A DNA stretch of 64,000 nt from contig CAWCFX010000006.1 in the NCBI GenBank assembly GCA_963795085.1, forward strand, positions 128,001 through 192,000, in the 5' to 3' direction. Position 1 is the first letter of the stretch. Every line of letters begins with the position of its first letter. The position numbers were made by a program, and so were the translations under genes. Below, piece by piece: positions 17,764 through 29,374 of this stretch. The DNA is from an uncultured Gemmatimonadales bacterium. GTDB lineage: Bacteria > Gemmatimonadota > Gemmatimonadetes > Gemmatimonadales > GWC2-71-9. A model generated the notes under the pieces. It made no database searches. It was not told where the DNA came from and saw only the letters and a list, made by a program, of their open reading frames with translations.

Positions 17764-18602
17764 GCCAGGTCGTCGGTGCCAAGCACCCGGGTGTAGGTCA
17801 GCACCAGGAGTATGACGATCAGCATGAGCACGAATGAAAGCGATGCGGCCAGCGGATAGTCCCGGACGGTCAGGAACTGCCCCTGGATGACCGACCCCAG
17901 CACCCGCTGGTTGGGGCTGCCCAGCAGCTCGGCGTTGATGAAATCGCCGGAAGCGGGGATGAACGTCAGGAGGCTCCCCGCGAACACCCCCGGGAGCGAG
18001 AGTGGAAAGATCACCTTGCGGAAGGCCTGCCGCGGGCTCGAATACAGGTCCTGCGCCGCCTCCACCAGCCGCCGGTCAATCTTCTCCAGGCTGACGTAGA
18101 TCGGGAGAATCATGAACGGGAGAAAATTGTAGGTAAGCCCGCCGACCACGGCCCAGCTGGTGTTGAGCAGGCGGCCTTCGGCGGGGAGCAGGTGAAGCCA
18201 GCCGAGGGCGCTCACCACCATCCCCCCGTCGCCCAGGATGGTCTTCCACGCGAAGGTGCGGACCAGGAAGGTGGTGAAAAACGGGAGAATGACCAGGCCG
18301 AGCAGCAGGTTCTTGAGCCGCCCGGCGCGGAAGGCCATCACGTATGCCAGCGGGTAACCCATGACGAACGCGGCGCCGGTGGCCAGCGCGGCGAATCCGA
18401 AGGACCGGCCCAGGTGATCGCCGTAGACCGTAAAGGCCTGGGCGTACCCGGCGTACCACGGCGCCGGCCCGGCCAGCGAGGTGCGGGCCAGCGCCAGGGT
18501 GGGCAGGACATAAAAGAACAGCAGCCAGGCGATCCCCGGCGCCACCAGCAGGTAGGGCGCCCAGGATGCCTCCCGGGGGCTGGAGCTGCCGACGCCGGCC
18601 AC
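17760..18602 (-). CDS. potB: Spermidine/putrescine ABC transporter permease
   Basis: YNFLPFMILPIYVSLEKID..LVEAAQDL; GTG start estimated at 18602. Confidence 0.88.
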   Translation of the reverse strand: MAGVGSSSPREASWAPYLLVAPGIAWLLFFYVLPTLALARTSLAGPAPWYAGYAQAFTVYGDHLGRSFGFAALATGAAFVMGYPLAYVMAFRAGRLKNLLLGLVILPFFTTFLVRTFAWKTILGDGGMVVSALGWLHLLPAEGRLLNTSWAVVGGLTYNFLPFMILPIYVSLEKIDRRLVEAAQDLYSSPRQAFRKVIFPLSLPGVFAGSLLTFIPASGDFINAELLGSPNQRVLGSVIQGQFLTVRDYPLAASLSFVLMLIVILLVLTYTRVLGTDDLA

Positions 18603-18607
18603 CCGGG

Positions 18608-19771
18608 TCAGGCTCCCATGGCGTCCTGGAAGATCCGGCTGAACTCCTGGTCCTCGGCATCGTCCAGGGAGCGGAAGCTGTGCAGCCGGGCCACCAGGTC
18701 GGCCGGCGGGCTGACCAGCGGGCTCGACGCCAGCTCGGGGGCGATCCGGGCCAGCTCCGAGGAGGTGCCCTTCACCGGCGAGATATATGGGGCGGCCTTG
18801 ACGATCTTGGCGGACACGGCGGGCTGATAGACATAATTGATCCACGCCATGGCCTGGTCCACCCGGTTCGACGTCCTGGGGATCAGCATGTTGTCCGAGT
18901 AGCGCATCGCCCCTTCAGCCGGCGCGATCCAGCGCAGGTCGGGATTGTCGGCCGCCAGTCCCTGGATGTCACCTGACCAGGCAACGGCCACCGCGATATT
19001 CCCGGCGGCGAGGTCTTCGGCGTAGTCGTTGCCCGTAAAGGCCCGGATATGGCCGTTCTCGCGGTAGCGCTTGATCCGGGCCGCCGCGGCTTCGACATCT
19101 GCCCGGGTCGCCGCGCCGGGGTCCTTGCCATCGCCGAGCATGACGAGGCCGAGGGTGTCCCGCATTTCCGTCAACATTGTCACCTGGCCCTTGAACCTGG
19201 GGTCGAACAGGTCGGCGACGCTGGTGAGTTCACGCCCGGTCTTGGCGGGATTGTATCCGATGCCCGCCATACCGGACAGCCAGGGCACGCTGAACCGCCG
19301 CCCCGGATCGAAGTCAACGCCGCGGAGGCTGTCTTCCAGGTTGACCTTGTTGGGGAACTTGGCATCCGGCAGTTCAGCCGCATATCCCATCCGTATCAGC
19401 CGGCCCACCATCCAGTCGGTCAGCACGATAATGTCGCGCCCGATATCCTGGGAGCGGGAGAGCGGTTCGCTGATCTTGGCGAAGAACTCGTTGTTGTCGT
19501 TGACGTCCTCGGTATACTCGGCCCGGATCCCGGTCGCCTGCTGGAAATCGGCCGGGATCGCCGGGTCGGTGTACAGCGGCCAGTTGGAGACCCGCACACT
19601 CGCCGCGGCGGCGGTGCCATCGCCGCCATCCTTCCCGGAGCAGGCACTGAGAAACGCGCCGCCGAAGGCCAGCCCCCCCGCCGCCAGGGCCGACCGGCGG
19701 AGAAAGGTGCGACGGTTGAGATTTCTGAGCAGATACTCCCGGATCGGATCACCGCTGTCATGCTGGCTCAT
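18608..19771 (-). CDS. potD: Polyamine ABC transporter substrate-binding protein (Tat lipoprotein)
   Basis: NRRTFL Tat motif, lipobox LSAC, NWPLY and AWSGD. Confidence 0.88.
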   Translation of the reverse strand: MSQHDSGDPIREYLLRNLNRRTFLRRSALAAGGLAFGGAFLSACSGKDGGDGTAAAASVRVSNWPLYTDPAIPADFQQATGIRAEYTEDVNDNNEFFAKISEPLSRSQDIGRDIIVLTDWMVGRLIRMGYAAELPDAKFPNKVNLEDSLRGVDFDPGRRFSVPWLSGMAGIGYNPAKTGRELTSVADLFDPRFKGQVTMLTEMRDTLGLVMLGDGKDPGAATRADVEAAAARIKRYRENGHIRAFTGNDYAEDLAAGNIAVAVAWSGDIQGLAADNPDLRWIAPAEGAMRYSDNMLIPRTSNRVDQAMAWINYVYQPAVSAKIVKAAPYISPVKGTSSELARIAPELASSPLVSPPADLVARLHSFRSLDDAEDQEFSRIFQDAMGA

Positions 19772-20958
19772 GGCTGGGTCTCGGGGCTGGGGGAATTGTT
19801 CACTGCCCGGTCGGCAGTATCGGCGAAGTCAGACTCAAGCGCGGGACGCAGCTGGCTGGGCGGCAGGAGCCGGGCCGCGTCCCCATCCCACCCGGCAAAG
19901 AGGGATTGGCCGGCCGTGAGGTCGGGGATCGGATGGTCGGGGCCCAGGTGGCCGATGATCTCCGTGCCATCTCCGGCCCGGAGCGCCAGCCGGACCACCG
20001 GCCCCTGGAAAATGGCGCTCTCGACGGTGACCGGAATGGAATGGCCGTGGGGACGCGGGGCCAGGGAAATATGGAGCCGCTCCGGCCGGACCATGACGAT
20101 CGCGGCCTCTCCCGGGTTGGCGGTCCACGGGCCAATGGTCACCGGCATGACCGCGCCGCTGATGACCGCGGTCGGGCCGCTGCCATTGGAGGGCCCGGCC
20201 CGCGCCCGCAGCAGGTTGGCGACTCCGATAAAATTCGCGACGAATACCGTGGCGGGGGCGTGGTAGATCTCCCGGGGCGTGCCGATCTGCTCGACCCGGC
20301 CCTCGTTCATCACCACGATCCGGTCGGACATGGTCAGCGCTTCTTCCTGGTCGTGGGTGACATAAATGAACGCGATGCCCACTTCCCGCTGAATCCGCTT
20401 GAGCTCGATCTGCATCGCCTGGCGCAGCTTCAGGTCGAGCGCTCCCAGGGGCTCATCCAGCAGAAGGGCGCTGGGATAGTTCACCAGCGCCCGGGCCAGG
20501 GCCACGCGTTGCTGCTGGCCTCCGCTCAGCTGTCCCGGCTTTCGCCGGGCCAGCGCCCCCAGCCGGATGATCTCCAGCAGTTCCTTCACCCGGCGGTCGG
20601 TTTCCTCCGAATCCAGCTTCTGGGATCGGGGGCCGAACGCGACGTTGTCATACACCGACATGTGGGGGAAGAGGGCATAGTGCTGGAACACGGTGTTGAC
20701 GTTGCGGCGGTACGGCGGCACGGTGGAGACATCCCGCCCCTGGAGGATGATCCGGCCGGCGGATGGGTGTTCGAACCCGGCGATCATCCGGAGGGTGGTC
20801 GTCTTGCCGCAGCCGGAAGGCCCCAGCAGGCTGAAGAACTCGCCGGAGCCGATATCGAAGTGCGCGTCGTCCACCGCCACGAAGTCTCCGAATCGCTTGG
20901 AGACGTGCTCGACCCTGATGACCGGACCGGCTGGGGTGGGGCTTGCGTTCAGGTTCAT
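19768..20958 (-). CDS. potA: Polyamine ABC transporter ATPase
   Basis: [30 protein letters not shown] and TOBE-like C-terminus; ATG at 20958. Confidence 0.92.
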   Translation of the reverse strand: MNLNASPTPAGPVIRVEHVSKRFGDFVAVDDAHFDIGSGEFFSLLGPSGCGKTTTLRMIAGFEHPSAGRIILQGRDVSTVPPYRRNVNTVFQHYALFPHMSVYDNVAFGPRSQKLDSEETDRRVKELLEIIRLGALARRKPGQLSGGQQQRVALARALVNYPSALLLDEPLGALDLKLRQAMQIELKRIQREVGIAFIYVTHDQEEALTMSDRIVVMNEGRVEQIGTPREIYHAPATVFVANFIGVANLLRARAGPSNGSGPTAVISGAVMPVTIGPWTANPGEAAIVMVRPERLHISLAPRPHGHSIPVTVESAIFQGPVVRLALRAGDGTEIIGHLGPDHPIPDLTAGQSLFAGWDGDAARLLPPSQLRPALESDFADTADRAVNNSPSPETQP

Positions 20959-21102
20959 CGGTGAGAGCGCTTGCGGTGGAGGGTGCGTCAATCTGCAGGT
21001 TTCCCCGGACTTTGACAACCGGGGCCGGGGGGCCGCCAAACTTCCCAGGTCTGGAGCGGCCGAGTAGTTTGAGGCCGCCCCCACCCCCAGGAGCAGCGTA
21101 CC

Positions 21103-22497
21103 ATGAAGACCGGAGCGGCCCCGTCCCCCAGTTCCACGCCCGTGGCCGGGCGGCTGGCCGAGCGCGCCAACCAGATCCGGGAACGCGAAATGGCGCGCCT
21201 GCTCGCCCGGACCCCGAAATCCGCGGCCCTCTACCTGCGCGCCCGGCGCACGCTTCCCTTCGGCGTGGTTTCTTCGTTCCAGAAAATGGCCCCCTACCCG
21301 ATCTATCTCTCCCGGGGCGTCGCCGGCCAGGTGTGGGACCAGGACGGGCACGCCTACCGGGATTTCCACGGGGGGTTCGGGGCCATGGTGGTGGGACACG
21401 CCCATCCCCGGATCGTGGCGGCGATCGGGGAGGCGGCCGCCCGCGGGACCCACTTCGCCGTCACCACCGAGTCCGCGGTCGAGTACGGCGAGGAGCTGTG
21501 CCGGCGGTTCAACCTGGAGATGATCCGGTTTGCCAACTCGGGCACGGAAACCACCATGGACGCCATCCGGGTAGCCCGGGCCGCCACCGGCCGCGACGTG
21601 GTCTGCAAGATCGAAGGTTCCTACCACGGCCACCACGACGCGGTCATGTTCTCGGTCGTCCCCAACGCGGACGTCATGGGCGGCCGCGAGCGGCCCGCCA
21701 AGGCGCCGGTGTCCACTGGCCTGGTCAAGGATGCCCACCGGTACATCGAAGTGGTTCCCTTCAACGGCGTGGCCGAAGTCGAGCAATTGTTCGCGGAACG
21801 AGGGCAGGACATCGCCTGCATCATCATGGAACCGGCCATGATGAACATCGGGATCGTGCTGCCGGAGCCGGGGTACCTCGAACGGGTTCGCGAGTTATGC
21901 ACCCGCCACGGGATCGTCCTGATCTACGACGAGGTGAAAACCGGGGTGACGATCGCCGCCGGAGGCGCCACCGAGCGGTTCGGCGTCCAGCCGGACCTGG
22001 TATGCCTGGCCAAGGCGATCGCCGGCGGACTCTCCGGCGGCGCCTTTGGAGGGCGAGCCGATTTGATGATGCTGATCGAGCGGGGGGTATCGCAGATGGG
22101 CACCTTCAACGGCAACCCGCTGGTCGCCCATGTCGGGCTGGTCACGCTGAAGGAGATTCTCACGGCGGACGCCTACGAGTACCTGGGCCGGCTGGGACAC
22201 CGGATGGCCGAAGGGTGCCGGCAGGCGATCGCGCAGTACGACCTGCCCGCCCACGTGATCGACCTCGGCGCCAAGGGATGCGTTTCCTATCGCCGGGAAC
22301 CGATGCGGAACTACCGGGACTTCCTGGACACCCAGCCGGAGATCTTCGGCGCTTCCTACCCGTACCTCCTGAACCGGGGGATCTTCATGACGCCGGGGGA
22401 CGAAGAACAGTGGACGTTGTCCGTCCAGCATACCCCGGCGGACGTGGACGCCTATCTCGAGGTCTTCACCGAATTCTGCCGGGAACTGGCGGGCTGA
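21103..22497 (+). CDS. Class III PLP aminotransferase (GSA-aminomutase-like)
   Basis: [34 protein letters not shown] and GTFNGNP. Confidence 0.9.
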   Translation: MKTGAAPSPSSTPVAGRLAERANQIREREMARLLARTPKSAALYLRARRTLPFGVVSSFQKMAPYPIYLSRGVAGQVWDQDGHAYRDFHGGFGAMVVGHAHPRIVAAIGEAAARGTHFAVTTESAVEYGEELCRRFNLEMIRFANSGTETTMDAIRVARAATGRDVVCKIEGSYHGHHDAVMFSVVPNADVMGGRERPAKAPVSTGLVKDAHRYIEVVPFNGVAEVEQLFAERGQDIACIIMEPAMMNIGIVLPEPGYLERVRELCTRHGIVLIYDEVKTGVTIAAGGATERFGVQPDLVCLAKAIAGGLSGGAFGGRADLMMLIERGVSQMGTFNGNPLVAHVGLVTLKEILTADAYEYLGRLGHRMAEGCRQAIAQYDLPAHVIDLGAKGCVSYRREPMRNYRDFLDTQPEIFGASYPYLLNRGIFMTPGDEEQWTLSVQHTPADVDAYLEVFTEFCRELAG

Positions 22498-25388
22498 AGG
22501 GGGCGGCTGACCGCCGGCCGGGGCTCCAGCACCTTCCGGAGGAATTGGCCGGTATGGCTGGCGGCGACCCGGCTCACCTCCTCCGGCGTGCCTTCGGCCA
22601 CGGTCAGCCCGCCCTGCTCGCCGCCTTCCGGGCCCAGGTCCAGGATCCAGTCCGCCGTCTTGATGACGTCCAGGTTGTGCTCGATCACGATCACGCTGTT
22701 GCCCTTGTCCACCAGCCGGTGGAGCACCTCCAGGAGCAGCCGCACGTCCTCGAAGTGAAGGCCGGTGGTCGGCTCGTCGAGGATATAGAGGGTCCGGCCG
22801 GTATCGCGCTTGGCCAGCTCGGTGGCCAGCTTGACCCGTTGCGCCTCGCCGCCGGAGAGCGTGGTCGCCGCCTGCCCCAGGTGGATGTACCCCAATCCCA
22901 CGTCGTTCAACAGCTCCAGCTTCTCCGCGATCCGCCGCTGGTTGGCAAAGAAATCGAGGGCGTCCTCCACCGTGAGATCCAGGACGTCCGCGATGCTTTT
23001 TCCCTTATACCGGACCTCCAGCGTCTCCCGGTTATAGCGCCGCCCTTTGCAGACTTCGCAGGGGACGTACACGTCCGGGAGGAAATGCATCTCGATCTTG
23101 ACCAGCCCGTCTCCCTGGCAGGCCTCGCAGCGGCCGCCCTTCACGTTGAACGAGAAGCGGCCCGGACCATACCCGCGGAGCTTGGCCTCCGGCAGCTGGG
23201 TAAACAGTTCCCGGATGGGAGTGAAGAGCCCGCTGTAGGTGGCGGGGTTGGACCGGGGGGTCCGGCCGATAGGACTCTGGTCGATATCAATGACCTTGTC
23301 GATCTGGTCCAGCCCCTCGAGCCGCTGGTGCTGGCCGGGCACCACCTTGGCGCGATAGAAATGGCGGGCCAGCGCGCGGTAGAGGATGTCGGTCACCAGG
23401 CTGGACTTCCCGGAGCCCGATACGCCGGTCACCGCGACGAAGAGCCCCAGCGGAAAATCCACCGTGAGGTCCTGGAGGTTGTTCTCCCGGGCTCCCACCA
23501 CGCGGAGGCGCTTGCCCCGGGTGGCCAGCCGGCGGCCGCTGGGAACCGGGATGCGCAGTTCGCCTCGCAGGTAGCGGGCGGTCAGCGACGTGGGGTGGGC
23601 CAGGATGTCGTCCACTGAGCCCTGGGCCACCACCTCGCCGCCAAACCGCCCCGCGCCGGGACCCAGGTCCACCACATGGTCCGCCGCCCGGATGGTGTCT
23701 TCGTCGTGCTCCACGACGAGCACCGTATTGCCGAGGTCCCGCAGGTCGCGCAATGTCCCCAGCAATCGTTCGTTGTCCCGCTGGTGCAGCCCGATGCTTG
23801 GCTCGTCCAGGATGTAGAGAACGCCCACCAGCCGGGAACCGATCTGGGTGGCCAGCCGGATTCGCTGCGCCTCGCCGCCGGACAGCGACGCGGCGCCCCG
23901 GCCCAGGGTGAGATACTCCAGGCCCACATCGCGGAGGAACCGGAGCCGGTCGCAGACTTCCTTGAGAATCGGACCGGCGACGTCGGGGTCGAGGGCGCCG
24001 TCGCCGGTCCGGCCCAGGGGAATGCTCTGGAAGAACTGCAGGGCCTGGCCCACGGGTAACTGGACGACGTCACCGATGCTCCGCCCCCGGACCAGCACCG
24101 CCAGGCTCTCCGGCTTGAGCCGCCGGCCGCCGCAGGTGGCGCAGGGCTGCTCCACCATGAACTCCTCCATGCTGGACCGGATCGAGTCGCTGGATGATTC
24201 CCGGTACCGGCGCTCCACGTTCCGGAGCACCCCTTCCCACTCGCTCTCGTACTCGCTTTTGGCCCGGGCTCCTTCGGCGTGAAACTTGAGCACTTTGCCG
24301 GGCACCCCGTTGAGGATGGCGCCCCGGGCCGACTCGCTCAATTCGCCCCACGGCGTATTGAGATCGAACTTGAAGGCGCGCCCCAGCGTGGGCAGGACCA
24401 CCTTGCGCAGGTAGCCGCTCGGCTCGCCCCAGGGCAGGATCACCCCTTCCAGGATCGAGATGCTGGAATCCCCGAGGATCAGGCCGGCGTTGACCTCGCG
24501 GCGGGTGCCCAGGCCGTGACAATCGGGGCAGGTCCCGAAGGGCGAGTTGAAGGAGAACTGGCGGGGTTCCAGCTCGGGGAGCGAGAGTCCGCAGACCGGA
24601 CAGGCAAACCGCTCGCTGAACATGAACGTCTCGGTATCCGGCCCGCCGGGGCGTCGGTCGGCCGTTCCGCCATGGCGAATAACCTCGACCACGCCATCGG
24701 CGGCTTTCAGGGCAGTCTCGATGGAATCGTGGAGCCGGGACCGGTCCGCGGCGGATACCGCCAGCCGGTCCACCACCACGGAAATGTCGTGGTTCTGGCG
24801 CCGGTTAAGCGCCGGCACCTGGGTGAGATCACAGGTCTGGCCATCGACCCGCACCCGGATGAACCCCTGGCGGCGGGCATCGTCGAACAGGTCCTTGAAC
24901 TCCCCTTTCCGCCCCCGCACCAGCGGCGCCAGGATCTCCAGCCGCGTGCCGTCCGGCCACCCGGCGACCAGGTCGCTGATCTGGGACGCGCTCTGCCGCT
25001 GCACCGGGCTGCCGTCGTTGGGACAATGGGGCACCCCGACCCGGGCCCAGAGCAGCCGGAGATAGTCGTAGATCTCGGTGATGGTTCCGACGGTGGACCG
25101 GGGATTCTGGGCGCCGGCCTTCTGCTCGATGGAGATGGCCGGCGAGAGGCCCTCGATGGCATCCACGTCGGGCTTTTCCATCAAGCCGAGGAACTGGCGG
25201 GCATAGGCGGAGAGCGATTCGACATAGCGCCGCTGCCCCTCGGCGTAGATGGTGTCGAACGCCAGCGAAGATTTTCCCGACCCGGAGAGGCCGGTAAACA
25301 CGGTCAGCGCATTTCGGGGGAGCGAAACGGAGATGTTCTTGAGGTTGTGCTCGCGGGCACCGCGTACAACGAGGAACTCTTCAGGCAT
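22452..25388 (-). CDS. uvrA: Excinuclease ABC subunit A
   Basis: Two ABC modules ([26 protein letters not shown]) and zinc fingers. Confidence 0.98.
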   Translation of the reverse strand: MPEEFLVVRGAREHNLKNISVSLPRNALTVFTGLSGSGKSSLAFDTIYAEGQRRYVESLSAYARQFLGLMEKPDVDAIEGLSPAISIEQKAGAQNPRSTVGTITEIYDYLRLLWARVGVPHCPNDGSPVQRQSASQISDLVAGWPDGTRLEILAPLVRGRKGEFKDLFDDARRQGFIRVRVDGQTCDLTQVPALNRRQNHDISVVVDRLAVSAADRSRLHDSIETALKAADGVVEVIRHGGTADRRPGGPDTETFMFSERFACPVCGLSLPELEPRQFSFNSPFGTCPDCHGLGTRREVNAGLILGDSSISILEGVILPWGEPSGYLRKVVLPTLGRAFKFDLNTPWGELSESARGAILNGVPGKVLKFHAEGARAKSEYESEWEGVLRNVERRYRESSSDSIRSSMEEFMVEQPCATCGGRRLKPESLAVLVRGRSIGDVVQLPVGQALQFFQSIPLGRTGDGALDPDVAGPILKEVCDRLRFLRDVGLEYLTLGRGAASLSGGEAQRIRLATQIGSRLVGVLYILDEPSIGLHQRDNERLLGTLRDLRDLGNTVLVVEHDEDTIRAADHVVDLGPGAGRFGGEVVAQGSVDDILAHPTSLTARYLRGELRIPVPSGRRLATRGKRLRVVGARENNLQDLTVDFPLGLFVAVTGVSGSGKSSLVTDILYRALARHFYRAKVVPGQHQRLEGLDQIDKVIDIDQSPIGRTPRSNPATYSGLFTPIRELFTQLPEAKLRGYGPGRFSFNVKGGRCEACQGDGLVKIEMHFLPDVYVPCEVCKGRRYNRETLEVRYKGKSIADVLDLTVEDALDFFANQRRIAEKLELLNDVGLGYIHLGQAATTLSGGEAQRVKLATELAKRDTGRTLYILDEPTTGLHFEDVRLLLEVLHRLVDKGNSVIVIEHNLDVIKTADWILDLGPEGGEQGGLTVAEGTPEEVSRVAASHTGQFLRKVLEPRPAVSRPLQPASSRQNSVKTSR

Positions 25389-25579
25389 AAGACGTCAAAG
25401 CTAGCCCTGAGGACGGACCCAGTTCAAGACTCGGGCCCCGGGCAAGGCTCGGGTTGTTGCTGACCCGGGACGAGCGAGGGACCCGCGGCACGGCGGAACC
25501 GGGACAGATTCCCGCAGTTGTAGCTTTCGATTAATTCGCTAACATTGTATCAGGCAATCATCGGGATCAGCCCTTCTAT

Positions 25580-26440
25580 ATGCTGTCACCAGGCGCCTCG
25601 TTCCCGGAGCCGCCTTGCCAGATACTGGAGTCGTTATTCATGCGTCGTGCCCGTCATAGCCGGAGCAGTGGCCGGGAACAGGCCCTGGACGAACTCTTCG
25701 CCACCGCCGGCCTGGAGGCCGACCCGGCCGCCCGGGGCGTGGACAGTCATTTTTCGCTGCGGCCCTTCGCCGAGGGGAGCGTCGGCGACGGGGTCGTGGA
25801 ACCGGACCCCGTCGCTGAGGGCACCGTCCCGGAACAGTTGCTGCGCCGGGCCCGGGAGGCCGCCGACCGCAACCGCCGCGGGGATGCCATCCAGATCTAC
25901 CGCCAGCTGTTGACCATCGAACCGGGCAATCTGGCCGGGCGCAACAACCTGGCGCTCCTGTTCGAGGCCGGCGGCGAGCCCGAGATGGCCATCGACGAAC
26001 TGAACGCGGCGCTTCGCCACCACCCCGACCAGGTGGACCTGCTGGTCAACCGGGGCGCCATCCAGGGCACCCTCAAGCGGTACCCGGAGGCCGAGGCTGA
26101 CCTGCGGCGTGCCTTGCGGCTGGCGCCCGGGCATGCCGGCGCCCACTACAACCTGGGCCTGGTGCTCTGGAAGAAAGGTCTGCCCGAGGATGCGTCCGCC
26201 GAGTTCCAGCGGGCGGTCGAGAAGGATCGCGACCACACGGCGGCCTGGTACTACCTGGGCGATGCGCGCAACCAGGCCGGCGATCTCCCCGGCGCGCAGC
26301 AGGCGCTGGAGGAAGCCGTCCGGCTCGACGCTTCGTTCAGCAAGGCCTACCACCTGCTGGGCCGGGTGTTCGACCGGATGCATCGACCCGGCGAGGCCAT
26401 CGAGATGTATCGCCGAGCGCGGGAGATCGCCACGCAGTGA
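25580..26440 (+). CDS. TPR repeat protein
   Basis: Multiple TPR units (AHYNLGLVL, AWYYLG); start may be the ATG at 25640. Confidence 0.85.
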   Translation: MLSPGASFPEPPCQILESLFMRRARHSRSSGREQALDELFATAGLEADPAARGVDSHFSLRPFAEGSVGDGVVEPDPVAEGTVPEQLLRRAREAADRNRRGDAIQIYRQLLTIEPGNLAGRNNLALLFEAGGEPEMAIDELNAALRHHPDQVDLLVNRGAIQGTLKRYPEAEADLRRALRLAPGHAGAHYNLGLVLWKKGLPEDASAEFQRAVEKDRDHTAAWYYLGDARNQAGDLPGAQQALEEAVRLDASFSKAYHLLGRVFDRMHRPGEAIEMYRRAREIATQ

Positions 26441-26940
26441 TCGAGGTCGTGGTTGACGATCTCGCCTTCCTGGCGGTCGATGCCATCCTGAGGCCGGCCA
26501 GCGAACGGCTCGACCCCGTCACCCCGGCCATGTCACGTCTCGACCACGCGGCCGGCCCCGGGTTTGCCGATCAGCGGCGGATCCAGACCGCGCTCGATAT
26601 CGGCGCCGCCGTGGTCACCGGGGCCGGCGACCTGGCCGCCAAACTGGTGGTCCATGTCGTCATCCAGGGCGAGGACCGCGCGGCAACGCCGGATTCGGTC
26701 CGGCGGGGCCTGCTGTCGGCCTGGCAGCGGGCCGAAGACTGGGGACTGGAAGCCGTGGCCATGCCGTTGATCGGAGCCGGGGCAGGTCAACTCTCCCTTG
26801 AGGATGCCACGACTATCCTGATCCAGACGCTGGAGCAGCACCGGACCCGGGCCCGGTTCCCCACGCTGGTGCGGATCGTCCTGGAGCGCGAACCGGAGCG
26901 CGCCGCGGTCGCCGCCGTGGTGGCAAGGCGGCCATCCTGA
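26437..26940 (+). CDS. Macro domain protein (degenerate motifs)
   Basis: VDAIL, GAAVVTGAGDLAAKLVVHVV and VAMPLIGAGAG. Confidence 0.85.
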   Translation: MIEVVVDDLAFLAVDAILRPASERLDPVTPAMSRLDHAAGPGFADQRRIQTALDIGAAVVTGAGDLAAKLVVHVVIQGEDRAATPDSVRRGLLSAWQRAEDWGLEAVAMPLIGAGAGQLSLEDATTILIQTLEQHRTRARFPTLVRIVLEREPERAAVAAVVARRPS

Positions 26941-28472
26941 ATCGCAGGACTCTGGCGACCTTCATCCTGGCCTCGTGGGTCCTGACGCTGGGGTGGCTGA
27001 CCTGGCGGGTCTACCGCCGGGGACCCTCCACCTTCCAGTCCGCCGCGGGACCCATCCTTCCCCCCGATGCCTATTTCTTCACCGTGCGGGCAGCCGGCCG
27101 GCAGATCGGGATCGCGTCAATTACCATCGACACCCTCTCCGATGGCGTGCAGGTCATCGAGCGCCTTGGACTCGACCTGCCCTTGCATCCTACCAGTACC
27201 CGCAGCCAGTTCACGACCCAGTTCACCATCGGGACCGACCTGCGGCTCCGGGAATTCCGGGTCACTTCACCGGGGCCGACCGACCCGGTGGTGCAACACG
27301 GCACGGTTGAAGGAGATTCCCTCATCACGGTGTCGCCCGGCACCGGCGAACCCCGGTGGCGAATACCGGCCGGTTCCAGTTCGCTGATTCCCCCCCTGGC
27401 CGCCCCGGTCGCCCTGGCCCTGCAGCAGAAGCTTCGGGTCGGGGAGCGCCTCTCGGTGCCGGTTTTCGACCCGCGCACCCTGGCGCCGGGGATCATTGCC
27501 CTCACCGTCCTGGATGATTCGGTATTCCTGGTTCCCGACAGCGCCGATTTCGATTCCGCGGCCGGCGGCTGGCTCCCGGCCCATTCCGACACCATCCCGG
27601 CGTGGAAACTGGCATGGTCGGACGGCAGCCGCAGCCTCGAGATGTGGGTGGACAGCCGGGGCCTGCCGATCCGGATCGTATCCCCGGCGGGGCTCGAGTT
27701 CGACCGCTCCGCCTTCGAGATCGTCACCATCAACTACCGGCGCAGCCGGGAGGCCGGCCGGATCCAACCGGAGCCAGCCATCGTCCCCCGGACCGCGGTG
27801 GCGGGTGGAGCGGAGCCGGACCGGGGCATCGGCTCCCTGCGGGTCCGCCTCAGTGTGGGGGGCCAGGCATGGCGCCTCCCGGCCGATTCCTTGGCCGGCG
27901 GGAGCCAGCACATGGAGGGCGATGTTGCCGTCACCAGCCAGGTGGCGCTCGCCGGGACCGACACCGTGCCGCTGCCAGAGGATCAGCGCATCCGGTGGCT
28001 GGGCGATGCGCCGTTCCTGGGCATTGGGGATTCGGCCATCCAGCGTCAAGCCGCCCAGATCGCGGGTCCGGAGCGGGATCCGGGCGCCGTCGCGACCCGG
28101 CTCACGGCATGGGTCGCCCGCAACATTGCCCGGGTGCCCTCCCTGCGCGTGCCGCGGGCTGCAACGGTCCTCCGCGAGCGGCAAGCCGACGTGGACGGCC
28201 ACACGGTCCTGCTGGTCGCGCTGGCCCGCGCCTCCGGCATCCCGGCCCGGCCGGTCAGCGGCATTCTTCTCGCAGGAGGGCGGTTCTACCTCCACTCCTG
28301 GGTCGAAGTGTACCTGGACCGGTGGGTGCCGGTGGACCCGACCTGGGGAGAGATGCCCGCCGGCGCCAACCGGCTTCGGCTGGTGACCGGCGGCCTGGCC
28401 CGGCCCCTCGACCTGCTGCCGCTGGTGGCCGGCCTGGATGCCGAACTGCTGACCCAACGACAACGCCCATGA
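26937..28472 (+). CDS. Membrane-anchored transglutaminase-like protein lacking the catalytic Cys
   Basis: LARASGIPARPVSG and HSWVEVY..WVPVDPTW; the frame extends 5' to CTG 26937 through a signal anchor. Confidence 0.8.
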   Translation: MNRRTLATFILASWVLTLGWLTWRVYRRGPSTFQSAAGPILPPDAYFFTVRAAGRQIGIASITIDTLSDGVQVIERLGLDLPLHPTSTRSQFTTQFTIGTDLRLREFRVTSPGPTDPVVQHGTVEGDSLITVSPGTGEPRWRIPAGSSSLIPPLAAPVALALQQKLRVGERLSVPVFDPRTLAPGIIALTVLDDSVFLVPDSADFDSAAGGWLPAHSDTIPAWKLAWSDGSRSLEMWVDSRGLPIRIVSPAGLEFDRSAFEIVTINYRRSREAGRIQPEPAIVPRTAVAGGAEPDRGIGSLRVRLSVGGQAWRLPADSLAGGSQHMEGDVAVTSQVALAGTDTVPLPEDQRIRWLGDAPFLGIGDSAIQRQAAQIAGPERDPGAVATRLTAWVARNIARVPSLRVPRAATVLRERQADVDGHTVLLVALARASGIPARPVSGILLAGGRFYLHSWVEVYLDRWVPVDPTWGEMPAGANRLRLVTGGLARPLDLLPLVAGLDAELLTQRQRP

Positions 28473-29239
28473 TCCGCCTGAATGGTCTGACCAAGAAGTA
28501 CGGCCGGTTCACCGCCGTGGACGGCATCAACCTCACGGTGCCCGAGGGGGAGCTGTTCGGCTTCCTGGGCCCGAACGGCGCCGGCAAGACCACCACGCTG
28601 CGGATGATCGCCGGCATCCTCAAGCCTTCCGCCGGGACCGTGGAGATCGCGGGCGACGACATCCAGGCCCGGCCGCTGCATGCCAAGGCGCGGCTGGGGT
28701 TCATCCCGGACCGGCCCTACGTCTACGAAAAGCTGACCGGCGCGGAGTTCCTCCGCTTTGTCGCCGCGCTCTACGGGCAAAGCGGGGCCGAGGTCGAAGA
28801 ACGCGCCGGTGAACTGCTGGAACTGTTCGAGCTCACCCCGTGGAAGCACGAGCTGGTCGAGTCGTACAGCCACGGCATGCGCCAGAAACTGATCATCTCC
28901 AGCGCGCTGGTCCACCGGCCGGCCGTCATCGTGGTGGACGAGCCGATGGTGGGCCTCGACCCCCGCAGCGCCAAGCTGCTGAAGGATCTCTTTCGCCAGT
29001 TCGTCACCCGGGGCGGCACCGTGCTCATGAGCACCCACACCCTCGAAGTCGCCGAGACCATGTGCGACCGGATCGCGATCATCGTCAAAGGCAGGATCGC
29101 CGCCTACGGGACCATGGCGGAGTTGCGGGAACAGACCTCCTCGGCCGACATGAGCCTGGAAGAGCTCTTCCTCAAGATCACCGGCGGAACTCCGGACCGG
29201 GACATCGGTGCCGTGCTGGGAGCGAACAGTGCCGAATGA
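28469..29239 (+). CDS. ABC transporter ATP-binding protein
   Basis: GPNGAGKTT, YSHGMRQK and VVDEPMVGLD; ATGA overlap at 28469. Confidence 0.95.
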   Translation: MIRLNGLTKKYGRFTAVDGINLTVPEGELFGFLGPNGAGKTTTLRMIAGILKPSAGTVEIAGDDIQARPLHAKARLGFIPDRPYVYEKLTGAEFLRFVAALYGQSGAEVEERAGELLELFELTPWKHELVESYSHGMRQKLIISSALVHRPAVIVVDEPMVGLDPRSAKLLKDLFRQFVTRGGTVLMSTHTLEVAETMCDRIAIIVKGRIAAYGTMAELREQTSSADMSLEELFLKITGGTPDRDIGAVLGANSAE

Positions 29240-29374
29240 CCGGCCACCGGTGAGAAACGCGCGGCGAGAGGGGCGGATGATCCCGTTGCGGCCAGTCGCG
29301 ACCGGACGGGAAGCCGGCCTGGCTTGCCTGGCGCCGGCCACCCCTCGCCGGTTGCCGAACTAGAGGACGCCCGG

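Noticed and set aside
20959..21786. 672-aa version of PotA
   Set aside because: The extension is antisense to the aminotransferase; ABC homology begins after ATG 20958.
20943..23618. 891-aa plus-strand ORF and similar long shadow ORFs (e.g. 2264-4153, 15583-17136, 37449-39134)
   Set aside because: Alternate-frame or antisense ORFs over well-supported genes with Arg/Pro/Gly-rich composition, as expected at high GC.
25389..25580. LexA/SOS box upstream of uvrA
   Set aside because: An AT-rich promoter-like stretch is present, but I could not identify a recognisable SOS palindrome.
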